64,000 nt of DNA, from assembly GCA_002010065.2 (NCBI GenBank), contig MTMD02000002.1, positions 224,001 through 288,000 of the forward strand, in the 5' to 3' direction. A program made the translations under genes and the position numbers. The notes under the pieces were generated by a model. The model searched no databases. It had not been told where the DNA came from and worked only from the letters and a program-made list of their open reading frames with translations. Each line of letters starts with the position of its first letter. The stretch's first letter is position 1. The DNA comes from Candidatus Pyrohabitans jungbluthii (lineage in GTDB: Archaea > Hydrothermarchaeota > Hydrothermarchaeia > Hydrothermarchaeales > BMS3B). This document shows, one piece after another, positions 38,591 to 48,767 of this stretch.

Positions 38591-38776
38591 ATGAGCAAGG
38601 GTACACCTTCCATGGGCAAGAGGAACAAGCTCCTGCACGTGCGCTGCCGCAGGTGCGGAAGGAATTCCTACCACGTCAAGAAGAAGCGCTGCGCTGCGTG
38701 TGGCTTCGGCAAAACGCGAAGGATAAGGAGTTACTCCTGGCAGAACAAGAAAGTTAACCGCGTTCGCCTGGTGTAA
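38591..38776 (+). CDS. rpl37e: 50S ribosomal protein L37e
   Basis: [31 protein letters not shown]. Confidence 0.97.
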   Translation: MSKGTPSMGKRNKLLHVRCRRCGRNSYHVKKKRCAACGFGKTRRIRSYSWQNKKVNRVRLV

Positions 38777-38839
38777 TGACGTAACCTTTATTAGTATTTT
38801 TTGCCTATTTAGAAACGTCCAAGGAGAGAGGTTTCCAGC

Positions 38840-40246
38840 TTGCTACGCGACAAGTGCGGCGTGGTGGGAATATATTCCGCCAGCGATACAAAGGTCTCCT
38901 ATTCCATATTCTACGCTCTTCTTGCGCTCCAGCACCGCGGCCAGGAGTCATGCGGCATAACAATGCGCACCGACGGCGACTTCATATCAGAAAAGGGGAT
39001 GGGGCTGGTCAACGAGGTCTTCAACCTTGAGAAGCTGGACAAGCTACATGGCAGCGTTGGAATAGGGCATGTGCGCTACTCTACTACGGGTGAGTCTGAG
39101 CTGTTCAATGCCCAGCCCTTCGTTGTGAGGCACTCCAAAGGCACCATCGCCATAGCACACAACGGCAACATAGTCAATGCCGAGGAGCTCAGGGAGAAGC
39201 TCAAGGCGACCGGCCAGGCCTTTGTTTCCACCAGCGACACCGAGGTTATAGCCCACCTCATTGTAAGGGAGTACCTTAAGAGCGAGGACATGGTGGAGGC
39301 GATAGCCTCTACGATGAGGAAGCTCGTTGGGTCTTATTCGCTGGCGATACTCACCGACGACGCGCTTATAGCGGTGCGCGACCCCCTGGGCATACGCCCT
39401 CTCTCGCTTGGAAGAACCCGCGACGGGGGCTATATATTCGCCTCTGAGAGTGTAGCCTTTGATGTGATAAACGCAAAATTTGAGAGGGATATTAAGCCGG
39501 GAGAGATTTTTGTGGTCTCAGCGAGCGGAGCGAAAAGCCACCGCCCATACAAGCTCCCGCGCAGGGCATACTGCATGTTTGAGTACGTTTACTTCTCCCG
39601 CCCAGACTCAGTGCTCAACGGCATACCCGTGTACGAGGTGAGAGAGAAACTCGGCATGCTAATGGCGGAGCGTGACGAGGTTGAGGCAGACCTGGTTACA
39701 CCTATTCCTGACTCTGCGATTCCCTTCGCCCTGGGCTACTCCCGTGCCAAGGGCATACCTTATCGCGAAGGGTTAATACGCAACCGCTACGTGGGCAGAA
39801 CCTTCATTCTGCCCAGCCAGCAGGCTAGGGAGCTTGCGGTTAAGCTAAAGCTCAATCCCCTAGCCAGGCAGATTGCTGGCAAACGCGTTGTGCTCTTCGA
39901 CGACAGCATTGTGCGTGGCACGACATCGCGCAGGATAATTTCAATTCTTAAGGACGCCGGAGCTAAGGAGGTGCACATGCGCGTTGGTTGCCCGCCGATA
40001 AAGTCGCCGTGCAAGCTGGGTATAGATATGCCCACCCACGAAGAGCTTATCGCAAGCGCGCGAAGCGTGGAGGAGATACGCTCGGCCATAGGTGCTGACT
40101 CGTTGAAATACACCCGCATTGAAGATTTGATCGAAGCTATCGGCTTGAGTGAAGACCAGCTCTGCCTGGGCTGTCTCACAGGCAAGTATCCTGTTGAAAT
40201 TGCAAAGTACGAGCAGCTCCGCTTACCTGTTTATCTTAAAAAGTGA
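38840..40246 (+). CDS. purF: Amidophosphoribosyltransferase
   Basis: CGVVG, LQHRGQES, GHVRYST, HNGN, FEYVYFSRPDS, DDSIVRGTT. Confidence 0.97.
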   Translation: MLRDKCGVVGIYSASDTKVSYSIFYALLALQHRGQESCGITMRTDGDFISEKGMGLVNEVFNLEKLDKLHGSVGIGHVRYSTTGESELFNAQPFVVRHSKGTIAIAHNGNIVNAEELREKLKATGQAFVSTSDTEVIAHLIVREYLKSEDMVEAIASTMRKLVGSYSLAILTDDALIAVRDPLGIRPLSLGRTRDGGYIFASESVAFDVINAKFERDIKPGEIFVVSASGAKSHRPYKLPRRAYCMFEYVYFSRPDSVLNGIPVYEVREKLGMLMAERDEVEADLVTPIPDSAIPFALGYSRAKGIPYREGLIRNRYVGRTFILPSQQARELAVKLKLNPLARQIAGKRVVLFDDSIVRGTTSRRIISILKDAGAKEVHMRVGCPPIKSPCKLGIDMPTHEELIASARSVEEIRSAIGADSLKYTRIEDLIEAIGLSEDQLCLGCLTGKYPVEIAKYEQLRLPVYLKK

Positions 40247-40294
40247 GGTGTTTCATAAATCCTTAAACATGCTAAAGCTATGCGAGCGAGTAAC

Positions 40295-40367
40295 GGGCCC
40301 GTAGCTCAGCTGGTAGAGTGCTCGCTTGGCATGCGAGCGGCCCCGGGTTCGAATCCCGGCGGGTCCA
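40295..40367 (+). tRNA. tRNA-Ala(GGC)
   Basis: Acceptor GGGCCCG/CGGGTCC with G3:U70, anticodon arm CTCGC-TT-GGC-AT-GCGAG, GGTTCGAATCC T arm. Confidence 0.97.
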
Positions 40368-40451
40368 TCTTCCTTCTTGGCTGTTTTTTTCCAAGACTAG
40401 TTATGTCAAGCTCGTACTCTCCCTACGGACTAACGACTCTCTCCAGAAAAA

Positions 40452-40575
40452 TCAAGCAATTCTTGTTAACCCCTAACCTTATTGAAGTTGCTGTCAAAGG
40501 AGAGTCTTTTTTTGATTCCCCTTGAGCTCATCACGTAAACACTCACAGCGCTACAACAGAGAGGGTTTCTTCCTT
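40452..40575 (-). pseudogene. Frameshifted remnant of a VapC/PIN-domain toxin C-terminus
   Basis: Across two frameshifts it reads TLSVV(D)AVSVYVMSSRGIKKRLSFDSNFNKVRG(LTRIA), resembling the PIN C-terminal LS..DA....M...GI..I.SFD.DF motif. Confidence 0.45.
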
Positions 40576-40622
40576 AGCATCTACTTAGAAACCCTTATAT
40601 CACCACATGCTAAGCTATTAGT

Positions 40623-41564
40623 ATGCGCCTTTATATTCTCTTCATTTACCTAATCCTGGTGGGCAGCGCCTACGCTTTTGCCAATGAGGTGGATGTGATA
40701 CTCGTTAGAAGCGATCTGCCCCAGGAGTTTGCCGTGGCGCAGGCTTACTCCCACCTCTCAGGCATACCCATAGTTACAACGCCTTCGCAGGAACTGAGCG
40801 AGGAGGCGAGGGAACAGCTCAGGGGTTATATTAGCCTCGGGTATAGAAATCTGGTGATTATCGGCGGGGAGAAGGCAGTCTCGCTGGAGGTGCAGCGGGA
40901 GATAGACCAGCTTGGCTACGTTACCAGGCGGATAGCAGAAGCGGATCGCTATGGCACTGCCGCCACCTTTGCCAAGGAGTTCTACTCAAACTCAGAGGGT
41001 GCGATTCTGCTTTACGGCGAAAGCTCAGAGAACCTGCTCCTCGCCATGCGGCTCAGCTCTGCTACAGGCTACCCTATCCTCTTTGTAAGGCGCGATGGCG
41101 TACCGGCGGCAGTCAAGGATGCCCTCGCCTCACTGCACGTTAAGAGGGTGCTCCTCTTCCCCCAGGGGCTGGAGGCGAATGTGAAGGAGGAACTCTCAGG
41201 CTATGAGGTAATCCAGGTGGAAGAAGGCTTTCGCCTGCCCGAGCCCAGAAAGCTGGGATTGCCCCTCGCCTTTGTGGCAGGCTTTGCCCTGGGCATGCTG
41301 AGTGTGCTCGCCTACCTGCGGGCAAGGAAAATAAAGCAGAGGCTGCCCTACGAGATACTCAGCGAAGATGAGGAGCGCGTGATAAAAGCGATAGCCAGTG
41401 AGGGGGGCAGGCTAACCCAGGACGCTCTACCAGAGAAAACAGGATTTTCCAGGCCAAAGATAAGCAGGATTGTGAAGGAGCTGGTAGAGAGGGGGATAAT
41501 TGAAAAGGTGCCCAAGGGCAGAACCCATGAGCTTACAATAAAAAAGGAGTTTTACAGGGAGTAA
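40623..41564 (+). CDS. Membrane protein with extracellular cell-wall-binding repeat 2-like domain and cytoplasmic winged HTH
   Basis: Signal peptide; IIGGEKAVS, RIAEADRYGTA, YPILFV; one TM; LSEDE..QDAL..TGFSRPKISRIVKELVERGII. Confidence 0.78.
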   Translation: MRLYILFIYLILVGSAYAFANEVDVILVRSDLPQEFAVAQAYSHLSGIPIVTTPSQELSEEAREQLRGYISLGYRNLVIIGGEKAVSLEVQREIDQLGYVTRRIAEADRYGTAATFAKEFYSNSEGAILLYGESSENLLLAMRLSSATGYPILFVRRDGVPAAVKDALASLHVKRVLLFPQGLEANVKEELSGYEVIQVEEGFRLPEPRKLGLPLAFVAGFALGMLSVLAYLRARKIKQRLPYEILSEDEERVIKAIASEGGRLTQDALPEKTGFSRPKISRIVKELVERGIIEKVPKGRTHELTIKKEFYRE

Positions 41565-41772
41565 ATTTTCGATATGAGCACACAATGTAGGCCATTTCAA
41601 AAAATATCTTAATGCTGCTGTTATGGAAATGTTAGAAAATGTTATGAATGCTAATATTGCACTAAAGTGCTTTTGCTCGATATAAGCATTTCTGTGAGAA
41701 ATGGTTGCATCGGAAAGGTTAATATAGATGATTCTTCTTATCTACATGCAGCGAATAGAGAGGGAGTGGATT

Positions 41773-43095
41773 ATGGACCTTATCCGGCTAATAGAGGAAA
41801 AGAGCGCGGGAATTGCAGTCGTAGGCATGGGTTACGTTGGCTTACCCACAGCGGCGGTGCTCGCCGCAAAGGGCTTCAGGGTTGTGGGTGCGGATATAAA
41901 CCCCAGCGTCGTGGCTTGCGTTAATCGCGGAACATCGCCGATAAACGAGCCGGGTTTGGAGGAGCTTGTGAGAGAAGCCGTGGCGAATGGTAAACTTAAG
42001 GCTGTGCTCTCCGCGCGGGAGGCAGCGCGAGAGAGCGATGTGGTAATCGTCGTTGTCCAGACGCCAATAGACGAGGAAAAGCGCCCTGATTTGAGCGCTC
42101 TCAAAAGCGCTCTGCGCGACGTCGCGGTTGCGCTGAGAAAAGAGCATCTCGTAATTATAGAGAGCACAATTCCTCCCGGTACAACCCGCAATGTAATAGC
42201 GCCTATACTTGAAGAGTCTGGGTTGAAGGCGGGAGAGGATTTCTTCCTGGCGTACTCCCCTGAGAGGGCGATACCCACGCGCACGCTGGCTGAGATTCAG
42301 AGCAATGCGCGCATTGTTGGCGGGGTAAACAGGGCAAGCTCGCAGGTAGCGGCTGCGCTGTACAGACAGATTACCAGTGGCGATGTTTACGAGGAGAGCG
42401 TTGAAGTGGTTGAGGTGGTGAAGCTCATTGAGAACACCTTCCGCGACGTAAACATCGCCTTAGCGAATGAGCTTGCGTTGCTGTGCGAAACCATAGGCGT
42501 GGATGTTATAAAGGCAATTAATCTTGCGAATAAGCATCCCCGCGTAAACCTGCACATGCCTGGTGCAGGCGTAGGCGGGCACTGCCTGCCCAAGGACCCC
42601 TACTTCCTGATAAACGAGGCGGAGAGACACGGGCTTAAGCTAAAGGTAATAGAAGCTGCGAGGGAGCGCAACGACAGCATGCCCCTGCATGTGCTCAGCA
42701 AGATAGAGGAAGCCCTGAAGAGCAAAGGTAAAAGCGTAAGCCAGGCGAAGGTTGCAGTGCTGGGGATAGCCTACAAGGGGAACACTGACGACGTTCGCCT
42801 CAGCCCTGCGGAGCCGGTTATAAAGAGCCTTATGAATCGCGGCGTTGATGTTATCTCCCACGACCCCTACGCAAAGCACGACTTCGGGGGGAGGTTCTCC
42901 AACGACCTAAAAGAGGTGGTGGCTGGAGCGGACGTGGTGGTGATACTGACCGACCACGATGAGTACAAGAAGCTTCGCTTGGAAGAAATAAAACCTCTGC
43001 TCAAGAGAGACGCTGTGGTCATTGACGGCAGACGCGTGCTGAGCAGGGAGAATGTGGAAAAAGTAGGGCTGCGCTACGCTGGCATAGGGTGCTGA
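41773..43095 (+). CDS. wecC: Nucleotide sugar dehydrogenase (UDP-ManNAc/GlcNAc 6-dehydrogenase)
   Basis: GMGYVGLP, ESTIPPGTT, SPER, KLIENTFRDVNIA, GVGGHCLPKDP, GIAYK. Confidence 0.88.
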   Translation: MDLIRLIEEKSAGIAVVGMGYVGLPTAAVLAAKGFRVVGADINPSVVACVNRGTSPINEPGLEELVREAVANGKLKAVLSAREAARESDVVIVVVQTPIDEEKRPDLSALKSALRDVAVALRKEHLVIIESTIPPGTTRNVIAPILEESGLKAGEDFFLAYSPERAIPTRTLAEIQSNARIVGGVNRASSQVAAALYRQITSGDVYEESVEVVEVVKLIENTFRDVNIALANELALLCETIGVDVIKAINLANKHPRVNLHMPGAGVGGHCLPKDPYFLINEAERHGLKLKVIEAARERNDSMPLHVLSKIEEALKSKGKSVSQAKVAVLGIAYKGNTDDVRLSPAEPVIKSLMNRGVDVISHDPYAKHDFGGRFSNDLKEVVAGADVVVILTDHDEYKKLRLEEIKPLLKRDAVVIDGRRVLSRENVEKVGLRYAGIGC

Positions 43096-43110
43096 GAAAA
43101 ATTAAGGGGG

Positions 43111-44631
43111 TTACCCCTTCTTCGACTTCTCCCGCATTATGAAGATGCGGTTTATGGCTGAGATCATCGCCTCTACGCTGGCATTCACTATGTCTTCGCG
43201 TGCAGCTTTGCCGCTGGCGATGTTGCCCCTGCTGTCCTCCAGCTTCACCACAACCTCTGCAAGGGCGTCGCTCCCGCCGGTTATTGCCTCGAGGTGGTAC
43301 TCTGTCAGGCGAATATCCTCCACGCCAGAGAGCACCTTGCGCACAGCGTTCAGCGCCGCGTCCACAGGGCCAACGCCTGTCTCAGCGCCCATGAGCTCCT
43401 TGTCCTTGAAGCGCAGCTTCACGCTGGCAGTGGGTATAACGCGGTTGCCGGTCATCACCGCAAATTCTTCAAGGTCAACCACCTTCTCCTGCTTTGCCAC
43501 CTCTCCCACTACAGCTTCGGCTATTGCAAGGAGGTCGGCGTCAGTAACACGCTTGCCCTTATCGCCAAGCTCCTTTACCCTGCGGGTAATCTCGCGCACC
43601 TGCTCTCGCGTAGCATAGATGCCCATCTCCTGGAGCATGGCGCTTATGCCATGCGCACCCGCGTGCTTCCCGCTCACTATGCGTCTGCGATGACCCACCA
43701 TCTCCGGCGTCATAACGCCCGGCTCAAAGGTCTCCGCCTTAACGAGCACGCCATGGGTGTGTATGCCCGACTCGTGGGAGAAGGCATTCTCGCCCACGAT
43801 GGGATAGTTGGGAGGCATCCTTATGCCTGTGAGGCGCTCCACAAGCTTTGAGGTTTCGTAGAGGTACTCTGTGCGTATGTTTGTTTTAACGCGGTAAATA
43901 GAGGTGAGTGCCATCACCACCTGCTCCAAGCTTGCGTTGCCCGCGCGCTCGCCTATGCCGTTGATGGTAACCTGCACCTCCTGCGCCCCTGCTTCGACGG
44001 CAGCAAGCGAATTCGGCACGGCTAAGCCAAAATCGTTGTGGCAGTGCACATCTATGGGAATGCTCACGTTCTCATAGACCTCTTGGGTAATTTTCCGCAT
44101 AGCAGGGGGAATCATCACCCCTACCGTATCTGGGATGTTTATTATATCAGCGCCCGCCTCCTCGGCGGTCTTAAACACCTTAACAAGGTAGTCCATCTCA
44201 GTGCGCGTGGCGTCCATCGCGGAGAAGAGGCACTTGACGCCGTGAGCCTTAATGTGCTCCACCGCATTGGCTACGAGCTCCAGCACCTCCTCGCGGCTCT
44301 TTTTTATGGTGTGCTCCCGCTGTATGTCGCTCGTCGATACGAAGGTGTGCACCATGTCAACGTCGCAGTCCAGGGCGGCGTCTATATCTTCGAGGAGCAC
44401 CCTCGCCAAGCCGCAAACCTCGGCGCTCAACCCTTCTTTCGCTATCTTGGACACTGCCTCCTTCTCGCCCCGCGAGGAGATGGGAAAACCAGCCTCGATA
44501 ACGTCGACGCCCAGCTTGTCAAGCTGGCGGGCGATTGTTATCTTCTCCTCAACTGTTAAAGAAACTCCCGGCGTCTGCTCGCCGTCTCGAAGGGTGGTAT
44601 CAAAAATTCGAACCCTCTCGGGTAAGTTCAT
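43111..44631 (-). CDS. leuA: 2-isopropylmalate synthase / citramalate synthase family
   Basis: [39 protein letters not shown] regulatory domain. LeuA versus CimA not resolved; the start may be upstream (44727). Confidence 0.8.
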   Translation of the reverse strand: MNLPERVRIFDTTLRDGEQTPGVSLTVEEKITIARQLDKLGVDVIEAGFPISSRGEKEAVSKIAKEGLSAEVCGLARVLLEDIDAALDCDVDMVHTFVSTSDIQREHTIKKSREEVLELVANAVEHIKAHGVKCLFSAMDATRTEMDYLVKVFKTAEEAGADIINIPDTVGVMIPPAMRKITQEVYENVSIPIDVHCHNDFGLAVPNSLAAVEAGAQEVQVTINGIGERAGNASLEQVVMALTSIYRVKTNIRTEYLYETSKLVERLTGIRMPPNYPIVGENAFSHESGIHTHGVLVKAETFEPGVMTPEMVGHRRRIVSGKHAGAHGISAMLQEMGIYATREQVREITRRVKELGDKGKRVTDADLLAIAEAVVGEVAKQEKVVDLEEFAVMTGNRVIPTASVKLRFKDKELMGAETGVGPVDAALNAVRKVLSGVEDIRLTEYHLEAITGGSDALAEVVVKLEDSRGNIASGKAAREDIVNASVEAMISAINRIFIMREKSKKG

Positions 44632-44744
44632 CTCACGCTTTACTTCCTCAATCACGTAGAACGTAATCCCGTCCTGCCATGGTATCTTCTCCCGAAAAGT
44701 TGTACTCGCTTCGGAGGAGATTAACAATGTAAAGTTTAAAATAC

Positions 44745-45896
44745 CTAGACCACGCGCTCCATGCGCTCCAGCGCCTCTTCTATTCTGGCAACAGGTTGCG
44801 TAAGCGCAAACCTGACGAAGCCCTCGCCGTGCTCGCCAAAGCCCACACCAGGGGTCACGACGACGCCAGCCTCGAGGAGCTTCTCGGCGAATGCCATGGA
44901 ATTGCCATCAGGAACCTCCATCCAGAGGTAGAAGGTTGCCTTGGGTTTATCCACATTAAAGCCCAGCTTTCTCAGCCCTCGCACCAGAACATCGCGGCGC
45001 TCCTGGTAAATGCGCACATTCTCGCGCACACACTCCTGGGAGCCACGAAGCGCCGCTATCGCAGCCTCCTGAATAATCTGCGACGCTCCCGAGTCGACGT
45101 TCGTCTTCACCTTACCCAGGCCCGCGATAACTTCGCTGTTTCCAGCGGCGTAGGCGATGCGCCAGCCGGTCATGTTGTACGCCTTGGATAGCGAATCTAT
45201 AGCAATGCCCACCTCGCGGGCGCCCTCAAACTCCAGGAAGCTGCGCACGCGGTAGCCGTCAAATGCGATAGCAGAATAGGCTTCGTCGGAGCACACTATT
45301 ATATCATTATCCTGGGCAAAGTCTATCACCTCGCGGTAGAATTCCGCCTCGGCTACCGCCGCTGTTGGATTGTTCGGGTAGTTTATCCACATCATCTTTG
45401 CCTTCTTAACCTTATCGCGGGGTATCGCCTCGAGATCGGGCAGGAAGTTGTTCTCCTTGCGAAGGGGCATCGCATACGCCTCGCCGCCAGCGAAGAGCGG
45501 CCCAGTGCGGTAGACCGGATAACCCGGGTCAGGGTAGAGCACCACATCGCCGGGATTAACAAACGCGAAGTGGATGTTGTGCACCCCTTCCTTGGAGCCT
45601 ATCAGCGCTATTACCTCCTTCTCAGGGTCAAGCTCCACGCCGAAGTCCCGGCGGTAACGCTCCGCCACAGCCTCACGGAAAGCGAGCATCCCCTCGTAGC
45701 TGGGGTAGCGGTGGTTCTCAGGCTTCTTCGTAGCGTCGCAGGCGGCCTTAACTATGTGCTCAGGCGTTGGCAGGTCGGGGTCTCCCACGCCAAAGCTTAT
45801 GACGTCGACGCCTTCCTTTCGCTTCTGCGCTATCTTGCGATCAAGCTCTGCGAACAGGTATGGGGGCAGCTTCTTTATCCGCTCCGCGTACTCCAT
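44745..45896 (-). CDS. dapL: LL-diaminopimelate aminotransferase
   Basis: [44 protein letters not shown]. Confidence 0.88.
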   Translation of the reverse strand: MEYAERIKKLPPYLFAELDRKIAQKRKEGVDVISFGVGDPDLPTPEHIVKAACDATKKPENHRYPSYEGMLAFREAVAERYRRDFGVELDPEKEVIALIGSKEGVHNIHFAFVNPGDVVLYPDPGYPVYRTGPLFAGGEAYAMPLRKENNFLPDLEAIPRDKVKKAKMMWINYPNNPTAAVAEAEFYREVIDFAQDNDIIVCSDEAYSAIAFDGYRVRSFLEFEGAREVGIAIDSLSKAYNMTGWRIAYAAGNSEVIAGLGKVKTNVDSGASQIIQEAAIAALRGSQECVRENVRIYQERRDVLVRGLRKLGFNVDKPKATFYLWMEVPDGNSMAFAEKLLEAGVVVTPGVGFGEHGEGFVRFALTQPVARIEEALERMERVV

Positions 45897-45976
45897 AGTA
45901 ACACCTATAATCTTGATACTTGTGAGGAATTGTAATCTAAGATTAAAAAATTTTCCCCAGCATAGAAGGCATAGCC

Positions 45977-48028
45977 ATGAAGACGCTTATAATCACCGAG
46001 AAGCCGAAGGTCAGTCAGAAGATTGCCTACGCCATTTCAGACAAATACAAGCGGCGCAGCGCTGGAGGGGTGAGCTACTTTGAAATCTCCAGCAACGGTG
46101 AGACCATCTACGTCGCCAGTGCCGCAGGGCATCTTTACTCGCTGAAGGAGAAGAAAAACAGCTACTCCTACCCCGTGTTCGACATCGAGTGGGCTCCCCT
46201 TTACGAGGTGGATAAAAGCAAGGGCTACACGCGGAATTACATCTCCCTGCTCAAAAAGCTCGCCTCACAAGCGGACCGCTTTATTATAGCCACAGACTAC
46301 GATATTGAGGGCGAGCTTCTTGGCTACAATGCGCTGCGCTTCGCGTGTTCTGCCACGCAGGCAAAAAGGATGCGCTTCTCCGCACTCACAAAGCTAGACT
46401 TAAGGCGAGCGTATGAGAACCTCGCCGAGGTGGATATGCCTCTGGTTAAAGCTGGCGAGGCGAGGCACATAATGGACTGGTACTGGGGGATAAACACCTC
46501 TCGTGCACTTTCCAGTGCGGTTAAGACTTACTCCAAGAAGTTCACCACCTTCTCCGCTGGCAGGGTGCAGACCCCCGCTCTCGCGATACTCGTTGAGAGG
46601 GAGAAGGAGATCGCCAGCTTCGTTCCCGAGAAGTACTGGACACTGAGCGCCACCCTCAGGGTAGGCAGGAGCAGGGTTAAGGCTACCCACACACGAGGGA
46701 AGCTCTTCGACGAGGGCGAGGCTAAGCAGCTTTACTCAAAGCTCCAGGATGCGCAGGAGGCGAGGGTGGAGAAGGTGGAGCTAAAAGAAAGCGCCGTCCC
46801 CCCACCTGTACCCTTCGACTTGGGCACACTTCAGAGCGAAGCATACCGCTACTTCAGGCTCAGTCCCAAGGCAACGCAGGATATCGCCCAGTCTCTGTAC
46901 GAGAGCGGGTACATCTCATATCCCAGAACCTCCTCGCAGAAGCTTCCACCAACCATAGGTTACAGGCAGATTATTAAGGCGCTGGGGGAGAATCCCGCCT
47001 TCGCTCAGCTTGCGGAGCTTCTTCTAGCCAAGGAGAAGCTCTATCCCAGGCAGGGAAAGAAGGACGACCCAGCTCATCCTGCAATTTACCCCACTGGCGT
47101 AAAACCCAAAAAGCTCTCCTCGCGAGAGGAGAAGATCTACCTGCTTATAGTGCACCGCTTCCTCGCCACCTTCGGCGATGCGATGAAGCGCGCGAAGATG
47201 AACGTAAGGACAAGCATCCGCGGCGAGGCATTTACTTTCTCCCGCGCGAGAACACTGGAGCAGGGGTGGCGGGTTTTCTATCCCTACGCCAAGCTGGAGG
47301 AGCACACGCTTCCAAAGCTTCGCGAGGGGGACGTGCTCAAGGTGCTCAAGGTGAGCTTGGATGAAGACGAAACAAAGCCACCGGAGCGCTACAACCCTGC
47401 CTCGCTGGTGGCGGAGCTTGAGCGCCGCGGGCTGGGCACTAAAGCTACGCGCGCTGAGGTTGTGGACACCCTCTACAGGCGGGAGTACATCACAGGCGTG
47501 CCGATAAGGGTCACGCCGATAGGCATGAGCGTAATCGAAGCTCTCGCTGAGTATGTGCCGGAGATAATAAGCGAAGAGTTGACAAGGCGCTTTGAGCAGA
47601 AGCTGGAGGAGATTCAGCAGGGGAAGGCTGAGGCAGAGCGCACCCTGGAGGAGGCTAGAAAGGAGCTCACTCGCATAATGAATGAGTTCAAGCTTCGCGA
47701 GAAGGAGATTGGCGAGAAGCTCGCCCTTGCCATAGAGGAAAAGAGGAAGAGCGAGGTTATAGGCGAGTGCCCCCGCTGCGGCGGTGAGCTGCGCATCATC
47801 CGCTCAAAAAAGACAGGTAAGCGCTTCATAGGCTGTAAGAACTACCCAAGCTGCGATGTCTCATATCCACTGCCCCAGAAGCGGGGTATTTACCCCACGG
47901 ACAAGCGCTGCAACGTGTGCGGCCTGCCCATGGTGAGCATGCCCCTCGGAAAGCGCCGCGTGCTCAGCTGCATTGACATGAACTGCCGCAGCAAGGATAA
48001 GTACAGGAAGAAGCAGAAAGAAGGTTGA
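45977..48028 (+). CDS. topA: DNA topoisomerase I (type IA)
   Basis: IITEKP, ATDYDIEGE, SAGRVQTP, ISYPRT (catalytic Tyr), GLGTKATR, C-terminal Zn ribbons. Confidence 0.96.
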   Translation: MKTLIITEKPKVSQKIAYAISDKYKRRSAGGVSYFEISSNGETIYVASAAGHLYSLKEKKNSYSYPVFDIEWAPLYEVDKSKGYTRNYISLLKKLASQADRFIIATDYDIEGELLGYNALRFACSATQAKRMRFSALTKLDLRRAYENLAEVDMPLVKAGEARHIMDWYWGINTSRALSSAVKTYSKKFTTFSAGRVQTPALAILVEREKEIASFVPEKYWTLSATLRVGRSRVKATHTRGKLFDEGEAKQLYSKLQDAQEARVEKVELKESAVPPPVPFDLGTLQSEAYRYFRLSPKATQDIAQSLYESGYISYPRTSSQKLPPTIGYRQIIKALGENPAFAQLAELLLAKEKLYPRQGKKDDPAHPAIYPTGVKPKKLSSREEKIYLLIVHRFLATFGDAMKRAKMNVRTSIRGEAFTFSRARTLEQGWRVFYPYAKLEEHTLPKLREGDVLKVLKVSLDEDETKPPERYNPASLVAELERRGLGTKATRAEVVDTLYRREYITGVPIRVTPIGMSVIEALAEYVPEIISEELTRRFEQKLEEIQQGKAEAERTLEEARKELTRIMNEFKLREKEIGEKLALAIEEKRKSEVIGECPRCGGELRIIRSKKTGKRFIGCKNYPSCDVSYPLPQKRGIYPTDKRCNVCGLPMVSMPLGKRRVLSCIDMNCRSKDKYRKKQKEG

Positions 48029-48051
48029 ATATGAAGGTAGGAGGCGGGACC

Positions 48052-48402
48052 ATGGACAGAGACGAGATTGCAGAGCGTGGAGATACCGTGGTGGTGGCGT
48101 ACGTTGCCAAGACCAAAGAGGGGGAGATAGTTGATACCTCGGATGCAGAGCTTGCCGAGAAGGCTGGGATAAAGGAAAAAGCGTACTGCAGGCCCCTAAC
48201 CTTCGTGCTCGGCTCTGGAAGACTTATTAAAGGTTTTGAGGAGGCGGTTGAGGGCATGCGCAAAGGCGAGAAGCGCGTGGTTGAGGTGCCGCCGGAGAAG
48301 GGCTTTTCAGAGGGACATCCTCTGGCGGGAAAGACGCTGATTTTTGAGATTACACTGCTCGAGGTGTACAAGCGCTACTATGACGTGAGGGTGAGTGTTT
48401 AA
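48052..48402 (+). CDS. FKBP-type peptidyl-prolyl isomerase (short)
   Basis: GDTVVVAY..GEIVDTS, PLTFVLG..LIKGFEEA, HPLAGKTLIFEI. Confidence 0.9.
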   Translation: MDRDEIAERGDTVVVAYVAKTKEGEIVDTSDAELAEKAGIKEKAYCRPLTFVLGSGRLIKGFEEAVEGMRKGEKRVVEVPPEKGFSEGHPLAGKTLIFEITLLEVYKRYYDVRVSV

Positions 48403-48443
48403 TCCTTTGCCCTTAGACGCATAGGAAAAAGTATATATTCCAT

Positions 48444-48462
48444 GATATCGGAATTCGATATC
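48444..48462. promoter_or_regulatory. Palindromic operator, probable PadR autoregulatory site
   Basis: GATATCG-GAATT-CGATATC between the TATA (TATATATT, 48432-48439) and the PadR ATG. Confidence 0.6.
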
Positions 48463-48464
48463 GT

Positions 48465-48767
48465 ATGGCGATAATTCGCGAAATCTTCCTGGGCTTCATA
48501 AAGGTGCACATACTCCACCACGCCTCCGAGGGCGAGATATGCGGCGTTGAGATGATGGAAGAGTTGAAGAGGCATGGCTACGCCATAAGCCCGGGAACGC
48601 TTTACCCCACGCTTCACCTGCTGGAGAGGGAAGGCTACCTGAAGGGGGAGGAGAGGCTCGTCGCCGGCAGGAGGAGGCGCTACTACCGTGCCACTGAGAA
48701 GGGGCGTAAAGCCCTGGAGGAGGCAAAGGTAAAGATTCGCGAGCTCGTTGAGGAGGTTCTGGAATGA
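48465..48767 (+). CDS. PadR-family transcriptional regulator
   Basis: HILHHA..ISPGTLYPTLH..RRYYRATEKG. Confidence 0.93.
   Translation: MAIIREIFLGFIKVHILHHASEGEICGVEMMEELKRHGYAISPGTLYPTLHLLEREGYLKGEERLVAGRRRRYYRATEKGRKALEEAKVKIRELVEEVLE

Noticed and set aside
41660-41705. Short hairpins upstream of wecC (GCAC-TAAA-GTGC, CATTTCT-GTG-AGAAATG)
   Set aside because: Short stems in AT-rich sequence, no second copy and no similarity to the repeat modules; compatible with chance.
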